From: Candidatus Saccharimonadota bacterium
GTDB lineage: Bacteria; Patescibacteriota; Saccharimonadia; CAILAD01; BJGX01
Length of the DNA: 64,000 nt
Assembly (NCBI GenBank): GCA_046350735.1
Contig: JAXLZU010000001.1
Span: forward strand, 12,530-76,529
Direction of reading: 5' to 3'
The notes beneath the pieces are model-generated. The model made no database searches, was not told the origin of the DNA, and saw only the letters and a program-made list of their open reading frames with translations. Below are positions 36,001 through 45,547 of the stretch, one piece after another. The position numbers and the translations under genes were made by a program. How positions within the stretch are numbered: position 1 is the stretch's first letter; every line of letters begins with the position of its first letter.

Positions 36001-36447
36001 CTAGAAAATAATGGGCAGTCATCTACCAATTTTATTTGGCCTGTAGAAGAGCCTTATGGTATTAGTCGTTGTACTAAAGGACATGGCTTTCCTGCAGTTG
36101 ATATTTATTTTCCAGGCAAAGAAACTGCTAAGATTTATGCAGTCGCCGATGGTGAGGTGGCCGCAATTCGACCAGTAGAAGGGAGTGGTGGATATGGTAA
36201 TTTTGTAATACTTAAGCATAAAGATGGGCTCTACACTGCATATGCCCATAATAAAGAAATACTTGTTAAAAATGTTGGTGACCTAGTTAAGCAAGGAGAT
36301 GTTATTGCTATCGGAGATAATACAGGAAAATCTACAGGGCCACACTTACATTTTGAGGTACGAAAAGACGGTGTAGAGGGAGCAAAACAAAACCCCGCAG
36401 ACTATCTACCAGACAAGGCAAATATTAGGAGTATCTGTAGTCAATGA
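33052..36447 (+). CDS. giant (1131 aa) T4SS-associated membrane-anchored cell-wall hydrolase with C-terminal M23 (LytM) peptidase domain
   Basis: Gly-rich N-terminus, TM helix VISLILLVPFVLLGFLVAYII. C-terminal HGFPAVDIY...GYGNFVILKH...GPHLHFEV gives the M23 HxxxD/HxH metal ligands. Confidence 0.7.
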   Translation: MADSFGPDNLPDEEVSKKVSSDSGFSAPGDFGDLPVSPVGNKSGSSQKNRMGYNADSLPGNDKVPGGYSNLANAASGEGSASDKAQEAGRQALKSAATGGEGGLPGGAGKVPGLGGSGPVTKGDKEAEAKKGNTEKNVDAAAVAAASYFGTPAAGAAVEKLGGVRGITKKVGVISLILLVPFVLLGFLVAYIISNPWEALQHVLLDKKTREFTLQVADNWSQNNGLVNGAVKVSQKLNEFTYTPDGNHVIAANQVTKPEPGSIEEKFEKIDWAKSQYQTLPRNDCRYDFELQQVIGSDGKPRSIPKSVLDKQTGKTTPVDQLNSNTEAGYCIAQKYPIYNLMWRQPMARDINKKANLYLSYAANKDSKDVNGSNSEVEKYVYDKTLKRITPVPKDSLDFGPFVEDINAIERQYAYEVKIWNDAHPNDLIPFDESKRDIPKGMQRMYDDMKNGKSPYDINIADYINVPTKDTANGSAVVPTGIAISICPYVFAFMDTGNSDPNRATAAAHNARLAIESRLNGAERSSAKTLTLTDTRKANALNTNESNVTIQQNDNWASSTAYQLDVYNQLRGNQMNPEGTHNRAYNVPLNLDSGPMNVIKRACPLIAAAGKETGSGNFLGSIFSTLTGLFGSLTQETGQDGNQIMINGYTDLKTQILNNSQGVFSSTSSFGLEQIMTSYVRTGSSTSVSGLEPGPNNYNRQSMGLRQLMNDYTLGIGGRFLTPYESRDLALRADNIDSKLQKNNGIAYRLFNTANIHSLASIIIQNTTTPNTAKTAMIGGFKSILDPLWSLADIHSGVLFYATGEKNNALAADITGDQYFKIETAGFTPQELALDPIDNAHIIEAVKKSNDENQKRKFSHYDQCFKAKIPTALYFEIKEREVRDDKGTLTGYKRYFTYYPDKSVDLNLDKQPINDSPDSEFNKFNDCKFLLQEAKDLNNPNQLLAIRYRLYNYYNTQLDYLGKLSSDQSDTSIYAGSSGGSGSLENNGQSSTNFIWPVEEPYGISRCTKGHGFPAVDIYFPGKETAKIYAVADGEVAAIRPVEGSGGYGNFVILKHKDGLYTAYAHNKEILVKNVGDLVKQGDVIAIGDNTGKSTGPHLHFEVRKDGVEGAKQNPADYLPDKANIRSICSQ

Positions 36448-37433
36448 TGAAGAATCGAACAATACTATTTGTAGTAATCGCCGTTTTAGGGATTTTAGTT
36501 TTTGGTATAACTATTACATTTATACTCTCTTTACAATCATTACCGTTACTAAAACCAGAACTGGTTGCACAGAATGCCGGTATATTATCTGTAGTTAATG
36601 ATGAACCGTTTTTAATTAATAGTAATAAACTCTATAAAATAGAGGCATCTCAACTCACTTTAAAAAAAGAATTCGCAAATGATAGTCAGTTAGAATTAAA
36701 TCCATTTGGTAAATATATTACTGAAAAAAGACCTAACTTAAAAACGGTTTATACAATTGATAATTTTCAATCAATTCAACAAAATACTGGTAGATTCTTT
36801 GCATGGTTAACAAGTGATAGCTACTTAATTACTAATGCCACCAATTCAACCGAGGGAACAGATGCTGGTGAGCTTACAGAAACCGCCTTTGAAGGAACAG
36901 TGTTAAATAGTCAAAAGAAGAATTTATTTACAAGTAATTTTATTATTTACATGCTACTTGCACATGATTCATATATAGATATCGCGCAAATAGATGAAGA
37001 GGATAATTATGATAATCTAATAGTTAATCAGTTTACCTATAAAGATGGGTTACAAAAGATTAGTAATAAAAGAAATTTTGGCTATAAACCCTTTATAAAA
37101 TTTGGATTTAGTTTAATACAAGAAAATACTGCTTCAAGAGATATTTTCTTGTTAAAAGATAAACAATTGAATCAATTAAAGATAAGTAATAGTGTTAACA
37201 TACAGGCTGTATCAGCGATTAATAATTCTACACTTATATATTTTGACAAAGATAGTAAAGAAGATAAGATATTTCTTTATACATACAATATAAACAACCA
37301 GGAATCAAAGAAAATCGCAAAACTACCAGTTGAATTCACACAAATCACAAGTTTAGCAGTTAACTCCCAATATATTTATATTAATTGTAAGCAAGGAATC
37401 TATAAAATTAGCATTAAGGATATAAATGGGTAA
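36444..37433 (+). CDS. N-terminally anchored N/I/K-rich protein (329 aa), unknown function, T4SS island
   Basis: Single N-terminal TM (ILFVVIAVLGILVFGITITFIL). Strongly AT-biased coding. ATGA overlap with upstream gene. Confidence 0.35.
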   Translation: MMKNRTILFVVIAVLGILVFGITITFILSLQSLPLLKPELVAQNAGILSVVNDEPFLINSNKLYKIEASQLTLKKEFANDSQLELNPFGKYITEKRPNLKTVYTIDNFQSIQQNTGRFFAWLTSDSYLITNATNSTEGTDAGELTETAFEGTVLNSQKKNLFTSNFIIYMLLAHDSYIDIAQIDEEDNYDNLIVNQFTYKDGLQKISNKRNFGYKPFIKFGFSLIQENTASRDIFLLKDKQLNQLKISNSVNIQAVSAINNSTLIYFDKDSKEDKIFLYTYNINNQESKKIAKLPVEFTQITSLAVNSQYIYINCKQGIYKISIKDING

Positions 37434-39867
37434 GTTTAAACACATAACTACAATCTTATTAATAGTTTTCTCTACTCTATTACCTTTTCAAGCCTTGGCT
37501 TTTACACCACAGCAAAGATTTGAGATAGAGAGGACACCACAGTTTGACCCAACCGACGTACCATGCGGAACAACTACTATTACTACCTCTGTTAGCTCTA
37601 CACTACCCAATGATTTACCTGAGCCAGTAAGAACAATGATAACTAAAGCCGCCAATAGTCAGCAGACTGATCCACTCGCATTAATGGCACTATTTATGGT
37701 AGAAAATGGTATTCAAGATTACAGGAAGGCAAATATTAAAGGCTCTAACCCTGAAGACTACAACAAAGGCTGGCCAACAAGTAGTGCGGGTGCCCAAGGA
37801 CCATTTCAATTTTTACCTAGTTCTTTTCCAAAAGATGCAGGAGATATTAATAATTTTCAAGACGCTGCCAATGCCGCTGCGAAGGTATTTTTGAAAGATA
37901 TTGCTCAAATACCAGCCAGTGGAGCAAAGGAAGGCGAATTGGCAGCAAAAGAAAAGGGTACTCTTAGCTACTTATTTGGTGCATACAACGGTGGCCCCGG
38001 CTATAGTCCTGGTAGCGTGCAGGGCTACGTTACACTTGCTTTAAAGCATTATAAAGAACTACAAGCAGGGAGCTCGGGAAGTGGTGGTGCAGGTAGTGGC
38101 ACAATCCCGGCCCAGACTACTCACAAAGATAACCCCTTACTTCCTGCGGCACATGCTGAAGAAACTCAACCAACCACAGTAGATAATAAACCAGCTCCTG
38201 GTAAAGTCTTTGTAATTGGTGACTCAATAACATTTCAATCTAAAGCAAACATACTTGCTAAGTTTGCGGCTGTCGGTTATACCGATGTAGAAGTGGATGG
38301 TTTAAGTAGTAGAGGATTAACTGGGGGAGGACCAAGCCCAACTGGTTTAGAAGTTATAAATTCGAGTACAGAAAAAATTAAAGCTTCTAAGGCGGTAGTT
38401 ATTGCACTAGGGACAAATGCCTATAATGTAACTACATTTGGTAACGATATAAAAACTGCAATTGGTGCTGTGAAGGCTGCCAACCCAGAGGCTAAAATCT
38501 ACTGGGTTGATGTGGCAGGTAGATTTCAAGACAAGCCATCTTTGGCTAGTATATATCAAAATATTAATAAGGCAATTTATGATAATAAAGCTGAGGGATA
38601 TTCAGTTATTTCTTGGTTTAAAACTGTATATCCGCAAGGCGATCCGACAGACATTAAGCCTGGTTTAGTAGATACTAATAATCTAATAACTAACTCAGAT
38701 GGATTAGCTGTTCATCCAACTAGTCCTGCAGGCCAAGATGCCTTTGGTGCGGTTATTGCAGAAAATGTTTCTAATGGTGGCGGGAGTGCAGTCGGTGTAC
38801 AAAAATCTAATGATTGTAATAAAAATGGTGCTCAGGGAGTTGGAACTTGTGTGGATGATGGCCGATTATTTACCATTAATGTAAGTGATGAAGAACTTGG
38901 CAAAGTTATAGATGACTATGCTAAATCTAAAGGCTTGGGCGATGCACCACTTGCTAACTTAGGTGCAAAGTTTGTATCTGGAGCAAAGCGAGCTGGTGTT
39001 AACCCATTCTTACTTGTACAAATTGCTATACAAGAATCAAGTTACGGTAAAGCTATACCAGATAATAGTTACAACTCTTTTGGCAGAACAGCCACCGCAT
39101 CACAACCTAACGTTACAGCAAATGGCCGCCTCTGGTATAAATATGATTCATTTTCTGACAGCTTAGATGGAGGTGGAATTAAAGATGATCAACCAACTTA
39201 TGTAAAAAAAGTGTATTTAGATGAAGGTAAAATTACTATTAGTGATATTATTATGAAATATGCACCACCTGGTGATGGCGGTAATAATCCAGAACAATAC
39301 ATTGCAGGTATAAAGAAAACTATTCAAGAACTTGTAACAGCTTCTGGGGATAAGATATCTTGTGGAGAATCCACTTCATCAGCTAGTGCTGATCAAGATA
39401 CATCAAATATTCCATGTCCAACAATTCCTGGTATTAGTGAGGTTGGTATAGAACAAGATAAGGGCCCCGGGGGTGTGGATACCGTTAAGATTATGGTTTG
39501 TAATGTAGACGGAATACAAGTAAATACTACAATAGCCTCTAAATTAAAGGAATTACTCAATGCTGCAAAAGCAGATGGAGTAATATTTGGTGGTGGTGGC
39601 TTTAGATCATTCCAGCGTCAAGTTGAATTACGTACTATTAATGGGTGCCCAGATGTCTACACTGCACCAGCTAGTTCTTGCAGAGTGCCTACTGCAATAC
39701 CAGGAACATCAATGCATGAAGTAGGTTTAGCGATCGATTTTACTCAGAATGGTAGCACACTAAGTAAAGGGTCGTCGGGTTATAATTGGTTAAAGACGAA
39801 TGCAGATAAATATGGCTTTAAAAATTTACCAAGCGAACCTTGGCATTGGTCGATAAATGGGAAATAA
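37426..39867 (+). CDS. secreted tri-domain peptidoglycan hydrolase: lytic transglycosylase (SLT-like) + SGNH/GDSL esterase + VanY/M15-type D,D-carboxypeptidase-like domain
   Basis: Signal peptide. SLT-like ALMALFMVENG...GAQGPFQFLPSSF. SGNH block KVFVIGDSITFQS...ALGTNA. C-terminal GGGGFRSFQRQVEL...PGTSMHEVGLAIDF (LAS/M15 zinc peptidase His/Asp ligands). Confidence 0.6.
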   Translation: MGKFKHITTILLIVFSTLLPFQALAFTPQQRFEIERTPQFDPTDVPCGTTTITTSVSSTLPNDLPEPVRTMITKAANSQQTDPLALMALFMVENGIQDYRKANIKGSNPEDYNKGWPTSSAGAQGPFQFLPSSFPKDAGDINNFQDAANAAAKVFLKDIAQIPASGAKEGELAAKEKGTLSYLFGAYNGGPGYSPGSVQGYVTLALKHYKELQAGSSGSGGAGSGTIPAQTTHKDNPLLPAAHAEETQPTTVDNKPAPGKVFVIGDSITFQSKANILAKFAAVGYTDVEVDGLSSRGLTGGGPSPTGLEVINSSTEKIKASKAVVIALGTNAYNVTTFGNDIKTAIGAVKAANPEAKIYWVDVAGRFQDKPSLASIYQNINKAIYDNKAEGYSVISWFKTVYPQGDPTDIKPGLVDTNNLITNSDGLAVHPTSPAGQDAFGAVIAENVSNGGGSAVGVQKSNDCNKNGAQGVGTCVDDGRLFTINVSDEELGKVIDDYAKSKGLGDAPLANLGAKFVSGAKRAGVNPFLLVQIAIQESSYGKAIPDNSYNSFGRTATASQPNVTANGRLWYKYDSFSDSLDGGGIKDDQPTYVKKVYLDEGKITISDIIMKYAPPGDGGNNPEQYIAGIKKTIQELVTASGDKISCGESTSSASADQDTSNIPCPTIPGISEVGIEQDKGPGGVDTVKIMVCNVDGIQVNTTIASKLKELLNAAKADGVIFGGGGFRSFQRQVELRTINGCPDVYTAPASSCRVPTAIPGTSMHEVGLAIDFTQNGSTLSKGSSGYNWLKTNADKYGFKNLPSEPWHWSINGK

Positions 39868-40891
39868 TATGATTACTAAAAAAAATATCTTTCTCCTTAT
39901 TTTAATCATTATCATTACGGTAATCACTATAATAATCGTTATCTTTGTTGTAGGGTCAAATAATACAAAGGTCACGCTTATTTCAAAGGATAAATTAGAC
40001 CAATCGCAACAAATAATTGCAAGTGATAATGCGGTTTTTTATATTTCTGAAGATGGATATTTAAAGAAAATTACCAATTCTACTGTGTCTACTATTAGTT
40101 CTATTAATACAAATTTTTCTCCGAAAATTAGCTATAGTGGTGAAAATATTAGCTATATAAATCCTACTACTCGAGAGCTTACTGTTTATAGAACAGATCA
40201 GCAGGGAACAGAAAATACCCCTTTATTAAAAATTGATAGAGTGGCTTTTACACAATGGCAGGACAATAATAACCTTATACTAGTACAACTTAAACCAGGT
40301 GATTCTAATTTTGGTGAGTATTTTAACACAGAAGATGTCCGCCCAAATATACAAGGGTCATTAGTGCGTGTAAATGTATTAACAAAAAATACAGAATTGC
40401 TTGGGGGGATTAATCTTCAAGAACTTTTATTGTCTAATACTAATTACGTTTTATTTACTACAAAAGAAACCGACACACTACTTCAAATTAATAAGTTTGA
40501 TATAACTTCAAAACGAGTGACAGAGGTTACTAAGCAAGCAATTACACAAGTAAAAATTATTAATAATAACAATGTTTTAATAAAATCACCTGTAGATAAT
40601 TTTCCAAAATTAATACAAGGGGCATCAGTTCAGAATATTGATATTTCAACAAATACCAACCTAATTACTGGGTTAAACAACCAATCAATTCAGTCGCTTT
40701 TCTTTATTTCTAGAGAGGGAGATGATAATCTCTTTAATAAATATAATTTATCAAAATCAACACAGAATGTATTACAAAGGATCGATCCAGTTATTACTAA
40801 TCCAATAAATACCGTTATTTTACCTAAGCAACTCATTATTTTTTCTCAAGATGGGGTATATGTAATTAACAACAATAAGGTAACAGAATGA
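39857..40891 (+). CDS. N-terminally anchored N/I/T-rich protein (344 aa), unknown function
   Basis: TM ILLILIIIITVITIIIVIFVV. Repetitive beta-rich composition. Confidence 0.35.
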   Translation: MGNNMITKKNIFLLILIIIITVITIIIVIFVVGSNNTKVTLISKDKLDQSQQIIASDNAVFYISEDGYLKKITNSTVSTISSINTNFSPKISYSGENISYINPTTRELTVYRTDQQGTENTPLLKIDRVAFTQWQDNNNLILVQLKPGDSNFGEYFNTEDVRPNIQGSLVRVNVLTKNTELLGGINLQELLLSNTNYVLFTTKETDTLLQINKFDITSKRVTEVTKQAITQVKIINNNNVLIKSPVDNFPKLIQGASVQNIDISTNTNLITGLNNQSIQSLFFISREGDDNLFNKYNLSKSTQNVLQRIDPVITNPINTVILPKQLIIFSQDGVYVINNNKVTE

Positions 40892-41505
40892 AAAAGATTA
40901 TCATTATTATTCTTCTAGTTATAATTGTAGCCTTTATTACAGGATTTATTTATTTCACAGTTAATAACAATCGGGATCAGAGTTTTTCATTAATAAAAAC
41001 TAAACCTAATAATTATAGTAAAGAGGTAAATGTTAATTCAGAGATAACCTTTGAGTTTTCTGAACCACTTTCTAAAAACGAATCAAAAAATACAGTCGAA
41101 GTAATACCAAATTCATTTCTTATAAAAACTATTAACGATAAGGTATTAACCTTAAAACCAAATATTACTCTAAAAGAAAACACACAGTACACTATAAAGA
41201 TTTCTAATATTGAGTCAATTAATAATGAGAAACTTAGCCCAATAACATTAATATTTACAACCGGAACGGATAACTCAGATCGAACTAGATTTATTAAATC
41301 GCTTCCAATACAGGCTGAGGGTTTTTATATTGAGTATGATGATTTAACTAATATATTCATTGTTACAATACAAAAAAATCCATATGATAAATATAAACAG
41401 AATGCGATAGATTACTTAAACTCAAAAGGTATAAATACCAATACAGAACAAATCCAATATAAAGAACTCCGTTTTCTTCAAGGTAATGGTGCTCCTCCTG
41501 GTTAG
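40888..41505 (+). CDS. N-terminally anchored protein (205 aa), unknown function
   Basis: TM IIIIILLVIIVAFITGFIYF. ATGA overlap with upstream gene. Confidence 0.35.
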   Translation: MKKIIIIILLVIIVAFITGFIYFTVNNNRDQSFSLIKTKPNNYSKEVNVNSEITFEFSEPLSKNESKNTVEVIPNSFLIKTINDKVLTLKPNITLKENTQYTIKISNIESINNEKLSPITLIFTTGTDNSDRTRFIKSLPIQAEGFYIEYDDLTNIFIVTIQKNPYDKYKQNAIDYLNSKGINTNTEQIQYKELRFLQGNGAPPG

Positions 41506-41508
41506 TAA

Positions 41509-41772
41509 TTAACTAATTACAATGCTTATTTGAGATATATTATATTTTTCTAGCTGCTTTAGTAAGGAGTATTGTATTAACCTTAATTCGCTTGCTGCAG
41601 AAGCATTAGGAGTAGAAATAATTAAGATTGGTGGCTGAAATTTCTTAATAGTAACTTGTATTTGAGTAGCTTGTAAGATTGTATTTTGAATTTCTAATAT
41701 CGTTTTTTGCGTATCTGTATAATACGTATGTTTACCAAATTGATGTTTCTTAATTCGCTCTAAATCGCTCAT
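41509..41772 (-). CDS. DUF721 family protein (DciA-like, candidate replicative helicase operator)
   Basis: Located immediately downstream of recF in the dnaA-dnaN-recF block. PILIISTPNASAASELRLIQYSLLKQL matches the DUF721 core pattern. Confidence 0.45.
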   Translation of the reverse strand: MSDLERIKKHQFGKHTYYTDTQKTILEIQNTILQATQIQVTIKKFQPPILIISTPNASAASELRLIQYSLLKQLEKYNISQISIVIS

Positions 41773-42815
41773 ACCAACTCTATATGCTGAAAATCTTTAA
41801 TAACATTACTAGGAATATTTGTACTGGTAATAATTGTCTGATATTTTTTGGTATTTTTTATAAGTAGTTTTTGACGGTTTTCATCAAGCTCACTAAAGAC
41901 ATCATCGAGAAGTAATATTGGCAGCTCTTTAGATTGATTAAATAGCTCTAATTCAGTAAATTTAAATGCTAAAAGTAATGAGCGAATCTCACCGCGCGAG
42001 GCAAAATTCTTTACCTGGTCATTATTAAACAGCACAACAAAATCCTCACGATGGGGCCCTATTAGGGTTAATCCTACCAAGCTGTCTATGTTCCAGTTAC
42101 TCTGAATCTTTTCTAATAAGTCTTCTTCTGAGACATTTGAAGCAATAAATTCAGTTTGAATTTGTTTATTATCAGAAGAAACGCTCATATAAAATTCTTG
42201 TACTAGCGGGGTAATTTTAGTTAGTAATTCTCTACGTTTCTTTGTAATATACGACCCAGCAGTTGCGAGTTGAATATTATAAATATAGATCTGCTCATTT
42301 ATCTTTGGTTTGATACCTGATTGTTTATATTTCTTTAAAAGAGCATTTCTTTGTCGAAGTGTTTTGCTATATATAATACTATTTTGAACATATGTAGGAT
42401 CGAGTTGATAGAGAAGAGTATCAAGATACTTACGACGTATACTTGGGCTCAGAGAAAATAATAATATAGAATTAGGCTCAAACAAAACTACCGGAAATGT
42501 ACCGATACTTTTTTTTAATGTAGTGATTTTACTATTATGTTTAATAGTTTTTTTTGGTTTTGGTTGAATAGTATAATGATATGCTAAAGTATTTTTTGGA
42601 AATTTTAACTCTACTCGAAAGTAATCTGTATTATTTTGTATAAGTTGACTATCATGGGCACGAAAAGATTTTGTAAACAATCCAACAAAAATTGATTCGA
42701 GTATATTGGTTTTACCTATAGCATTTCTACCAGTAATTATAGTAGTAGAGTGGGTTAATTGAATTGTTTTATCTGAATAGTTACGAAAATTAGTAAGGGC
42801 GATACTATTTAACAT
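41769..42815 (-). CDS. recF: DNA replication and repair protein RecF
   Basis: Walker A ITGRNAIGKTNILESI. SMC-like ABC architecture. Position after dnaN. Confidence 0.85.
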   Translation of the reverse strand: MLNSIALTNFRNYSDKTIQLTHSTTIITGRNAIGKTNILESIFVGLFTKSFRAHDSQLIQNNTDYFRVELKFPKNTLAYHYTIQPKPKKTIKHNSKITTLKKSIGTFPVVLFEPNSILLFSLSPSIRRKYLDTLLYQLDPTYVQNSIIYSKTLRQRNALLKKYKQSGIKPKINEQIYIYNIQLATAGSYITKKRRELLTKITPLVQEFYMSVSSDNKQIQTEFIASNVSEEDLLEKIQSNWNIDSLVGLTLIGPHREDFVVLFNNDQVKNFASRGEIRSLLLAFKFTELELFNQSKELPILLLDDVFSELDENRQKLLIKNTKKYQTIITSTNIPSNVIKDFQHIELV

Positions 42816-42816
42816 T

Positions 42817-43917
42817 CTAACTACGAAGTGGCATTATTATATGGACATAGTCAGAATGATATTTACCTTCTGGTCTTACCACACAAGGCTCTAGCTTATC
42901 GGTAAATGAAAGTTGTAGAGTATCTTTCTTAATTGCATTCGCTGCATCTAATAGATAGCGTGCGTTTACGTTAATAGTAATAGGTTTACCCGATACCTTA
43001 GCAGGTATCTTTGAAGAATTTGTACCAATGTCGCTTGCTTTAGAGTTAATAACCAATTCTTTTGCATCTACAACCAATTCTATACTATGTGCATTTTCTC
43101 GAGAGAAAAGTGAGGCAATTTTAATAGCGCGAATTAATTCTTTCTTTTCGAGAGTAACTTGAGTAGAAGAAGATTCAGGAATTATTTTTTTATAATCTGG
43201 ATATTGACCTTCTATAAGCTGGCTAATTATCTGTGCTTGTCCGAGTTCAAAGATTATTTCAGTCTCACTAAGCTGTATTGTTACTTCATCTGGAGAGAGA
43301 ATCGAAGCTACTCGTATTACCTCAGAAAGAGTAGAGGCAGGCACTATAACTGAAATGTCTTCATTAGAGTTAATAGTAAGCTTATTTTGTGCAAGACGAT
43401 AACTATCTGTACCAGCCAGTAATAATTCTTTCTTAGTAATATTTATCAATACTCCAGCTAGAATTGGCCTCGACTCATCTATACTTACTGCTGGTAATAT
43501 TTCTTCGACTGAAGTTATAAATACATCTAAGGGAAGAGTAATAGTATTTTTTGTAGTAATTTCTGGTATCTGTGGGAATTCACTTGCATTTAGGCCATTC
43601 ATTTCCGCTTCAAAGCCATCAGTGCGCAGAATAATATTATCATTATTAGATGTAAGCTGAATTTTATCTTCATTAAGTGAGTGTACAATATCAAAGAAGA
43701 GGCGAGCGGGGAGAGAACAATTACCATCCTCTTCTACCTTAGCTGGCAAACTATATCGAATAGAGAGCTCGAGATTAGTTGCCTGTAACTCTATCATTCC
43801 TTTCTTTGCAAGTACAAGGATATTACCAAGTATAGGTAGACTATTTGTAGGTTGAACTATCCGAGAAGTTATAGAAAGACCTGTATCAATATTTTGTTGT
43901 AATAGAGAAACCTTCAT
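42817..43917 (-). CDS. dnaN: DNA polymerase III beta sliding clamp DnaN
   Basis: 366 aa three-domain clamp. Position between dnaA and recF. Confidence 0.85.
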   Translation of the reverse strand: MKVSLLQQNIDTGLSITSRIVQPTNSLPILGNILVLAKKGMIELQATNLELSIRYSLPAKVEEDGNCSLPARLFFDIVHSLNEDKIQLTSNNDNIILRTDGFEAEMNGLNASEFPQIPEITTKNTITLPLDVFITSVEEILPAVSIDESRPILAGVLINITKKELLLAGTDSYRLAQNKLTINSNEDISVIVPASTLSEVIRVASILSPDEVTIQLSETEIIFELGQAQIISQLIEGQYPDYKKIIPESSSTQVTLEKKELIRAIKIASLFSRENAHSIELVVDAKELVINSKASDIGTNSSKIPAKVSGKPITINVNARYLLDAANAIKKDTLQLSFTDKLEPCVVRPEGKYHSDYVHIIMPLRS

Positions 43918-44194
43918 AATTAATATTGTACTAGATTAAATAAGTGATAGTAGTAATAGGGGCTGTGGAAATTGTGGAGAACGTTATTTTTTACTTTTAC
44001 TATAGCTAAAATGGCTATTCTTACGTTGTGGTTAAATTGTGAATTATAAAAGGATAACATGTGTGTAAAGACCGAGTTATACATAGCTAGTATAACTACT
44101 TCTCGAGTGCTGTGTACAAATGCTATTTTTCTACACATATCTTGCACAAGACTTACACACAATTCCCACAACTTATACACATACTTTTCCACAA
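43918..44194. other. probable oriC: DnaA-box cluster in the dnaA-dnaN intergenic region
   Basis: Perfect box TTATACACA (44172-44180). Near-consensus boxes ttttccacaa (44185-44194), ttcccacaa (44163-44171), tgtggaaat/tgtggagaa (43975-43992), ttatacata (~44075). AT-rich. Confidence 0.6.
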
Positions 44195-45547
44195 CTAGAA
44201 TATCTCAGCTTTTAGTTTATTAATATCTGCAGCCAAATCAGTATCTGTGGGTATTGTCTTCTCGAGTTTTTTAACACCGTGCATAACTGTAGTATGGTCT
44301 CTACCACCTAGTTTCGAGGCAATAATAGGAAAGCTAAGATGAAGCTCAGTACGCATAAAATACATGGCAATCTGGCGAGGTAAGACTATTTCCTTATTTC
44401 TACGAGTACCGGTAATTTCGTCATATGAGATATTGTAGTAACTGGCTGTTTTTTGTAGGATATCCTTTACCTCAACTCGTTTTTTTTGTTTATTCTGCTC
44501 CCCGAGGGCCATTTCGGCTACTTCAAAGGTTAGTTCTGTATTATGGGCCAAACAGTACCCTAGTACCTTAGTTAAGGCACCCTCTAATTCACGTATATTC
44601 ATCTCAGCCGATCGGGCAATTAAATCTGCCACCGATTCATCGAGAGTAATTCCTTTATCTTGGGCCTTTTGCATTACAATAGCAATTCGTGTTTCTAGGT
44701 CTGGTGGTTGAATATCGGCAACCATACCCCATTCAAATCGTGAGCGCAAACGAGCTTCTAATGTTGGGATTTCTTTCGGTGGACGGTCAGAACAGAGTAC
44801 TATCTGACGATTGTTCTGATGAAGTGTATTAAAAGTATGGAAAAACTCTTCTTGGGTTTTTTCAGCACCTGCAATAAATTGCATGTCGTCTACTAATAAT
44901 ACATCTACCTCACGGTACTTATTAGTAAATTTCTCACCCTTGCGGATAGCTTGCACAAACTCACTAATTATCTGCTCACTTGTAACATACACAATTCGCG
45001 CATCTGGATTTAATTTATGTATCTCAGTATTAATTGCCCACATTAGGTGAGTTTTACCAACCCCGGCTGGTCCATATAGAAAGAGAGGATTGTAAGCAGT
45101 ACCAGGCTTCTCTACAACCAACTGTGCTGCTGAGAAGGCTAATCTATTACCAGAGCCAACAATAAAGTTAGAAAAATTATATTTACTCTGAAACGGTGTA
45201 GTTGTAGGCGGCACTGCTGCTTCAGGAGCTGGCTTTTTATCTGGTAGATTTACATTTTGGCTCGTAGATTCTGGCTTTGGTAGTGCAGATTTACTAATTT
45301 TTCCAATACTAAAACTGAGTTTTTCAATAGGATGATCTATATTAGTAAAAGCATCTAGAATATCCTGATAAAACTTTGTTTCTAGGTAGTGCTTTGTCAT
45401 ATAGTTAGGCACACGAATATGGGCTGAAGTCTTTGTAATAGACTCTGCTTGGGTTGGTGCTATCCAAGTAGAAAAGTTAGCCGAAGATAATGATAATTGT
45501 AAATTACCACGTACTAACTCCCATAACTTTGCTTCTGAGTTTTCCAC
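44195..45547 (-). CDS. dnaA: chromosomal replication initiator DnaA
   Basis: AAA+ Walker A GPAGVGKTHL, Walker B LLVDDMQF. C-terminal DnaA-box binding domain. 450 aa. Confidence 0.95.
   Translation of the reverse strand: MENSEAKLWELVRGNLQLSLSSANFSTWIAPTQAESITKTSAHIRVPNYMTKHYLETKFYQDILDAFTNIDHPIEKLSFSIGKISKSALPKPESTSQNVNLPDKKPAPEAAVPPTTTPFQSKYNFSNFIVGSGNRLAFSAAQLVVEKPGTAYNPLFLYGPAGVGKTHLMWAINTEIHKLNPDARIVYVTSEQIISEFVQAIRKGEKFTNKYREVDVLLVDDMQFIAGAEKTQEEFFHTFNTLHQNNRQIVLCSDRPPKEIPTLEARLRSRFEWGMVADIQPPDLETRIAIVMQKAQDKGITLDESVADLIARSAEMNIRELEGALTKVLGYCLAHNTELTFEVAEMALGEQNKQKKRVEVKDILQKTASYYNISYDEITGTRRNKEIVLPRQIAMYFMRTELHLSFPIIASKLGGRDHTTVMHGVKKLEKTIPTDTDLAADINKLKAEIF

Noticed and set aside
43920-44192. 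90-aa minus-strand ORF in the dnaA-dnaN spacer
   Set aside because: The region is AT-rich with clustered DnaA boxes (oriC). The ORF has no RBS and a low-complexity translation.
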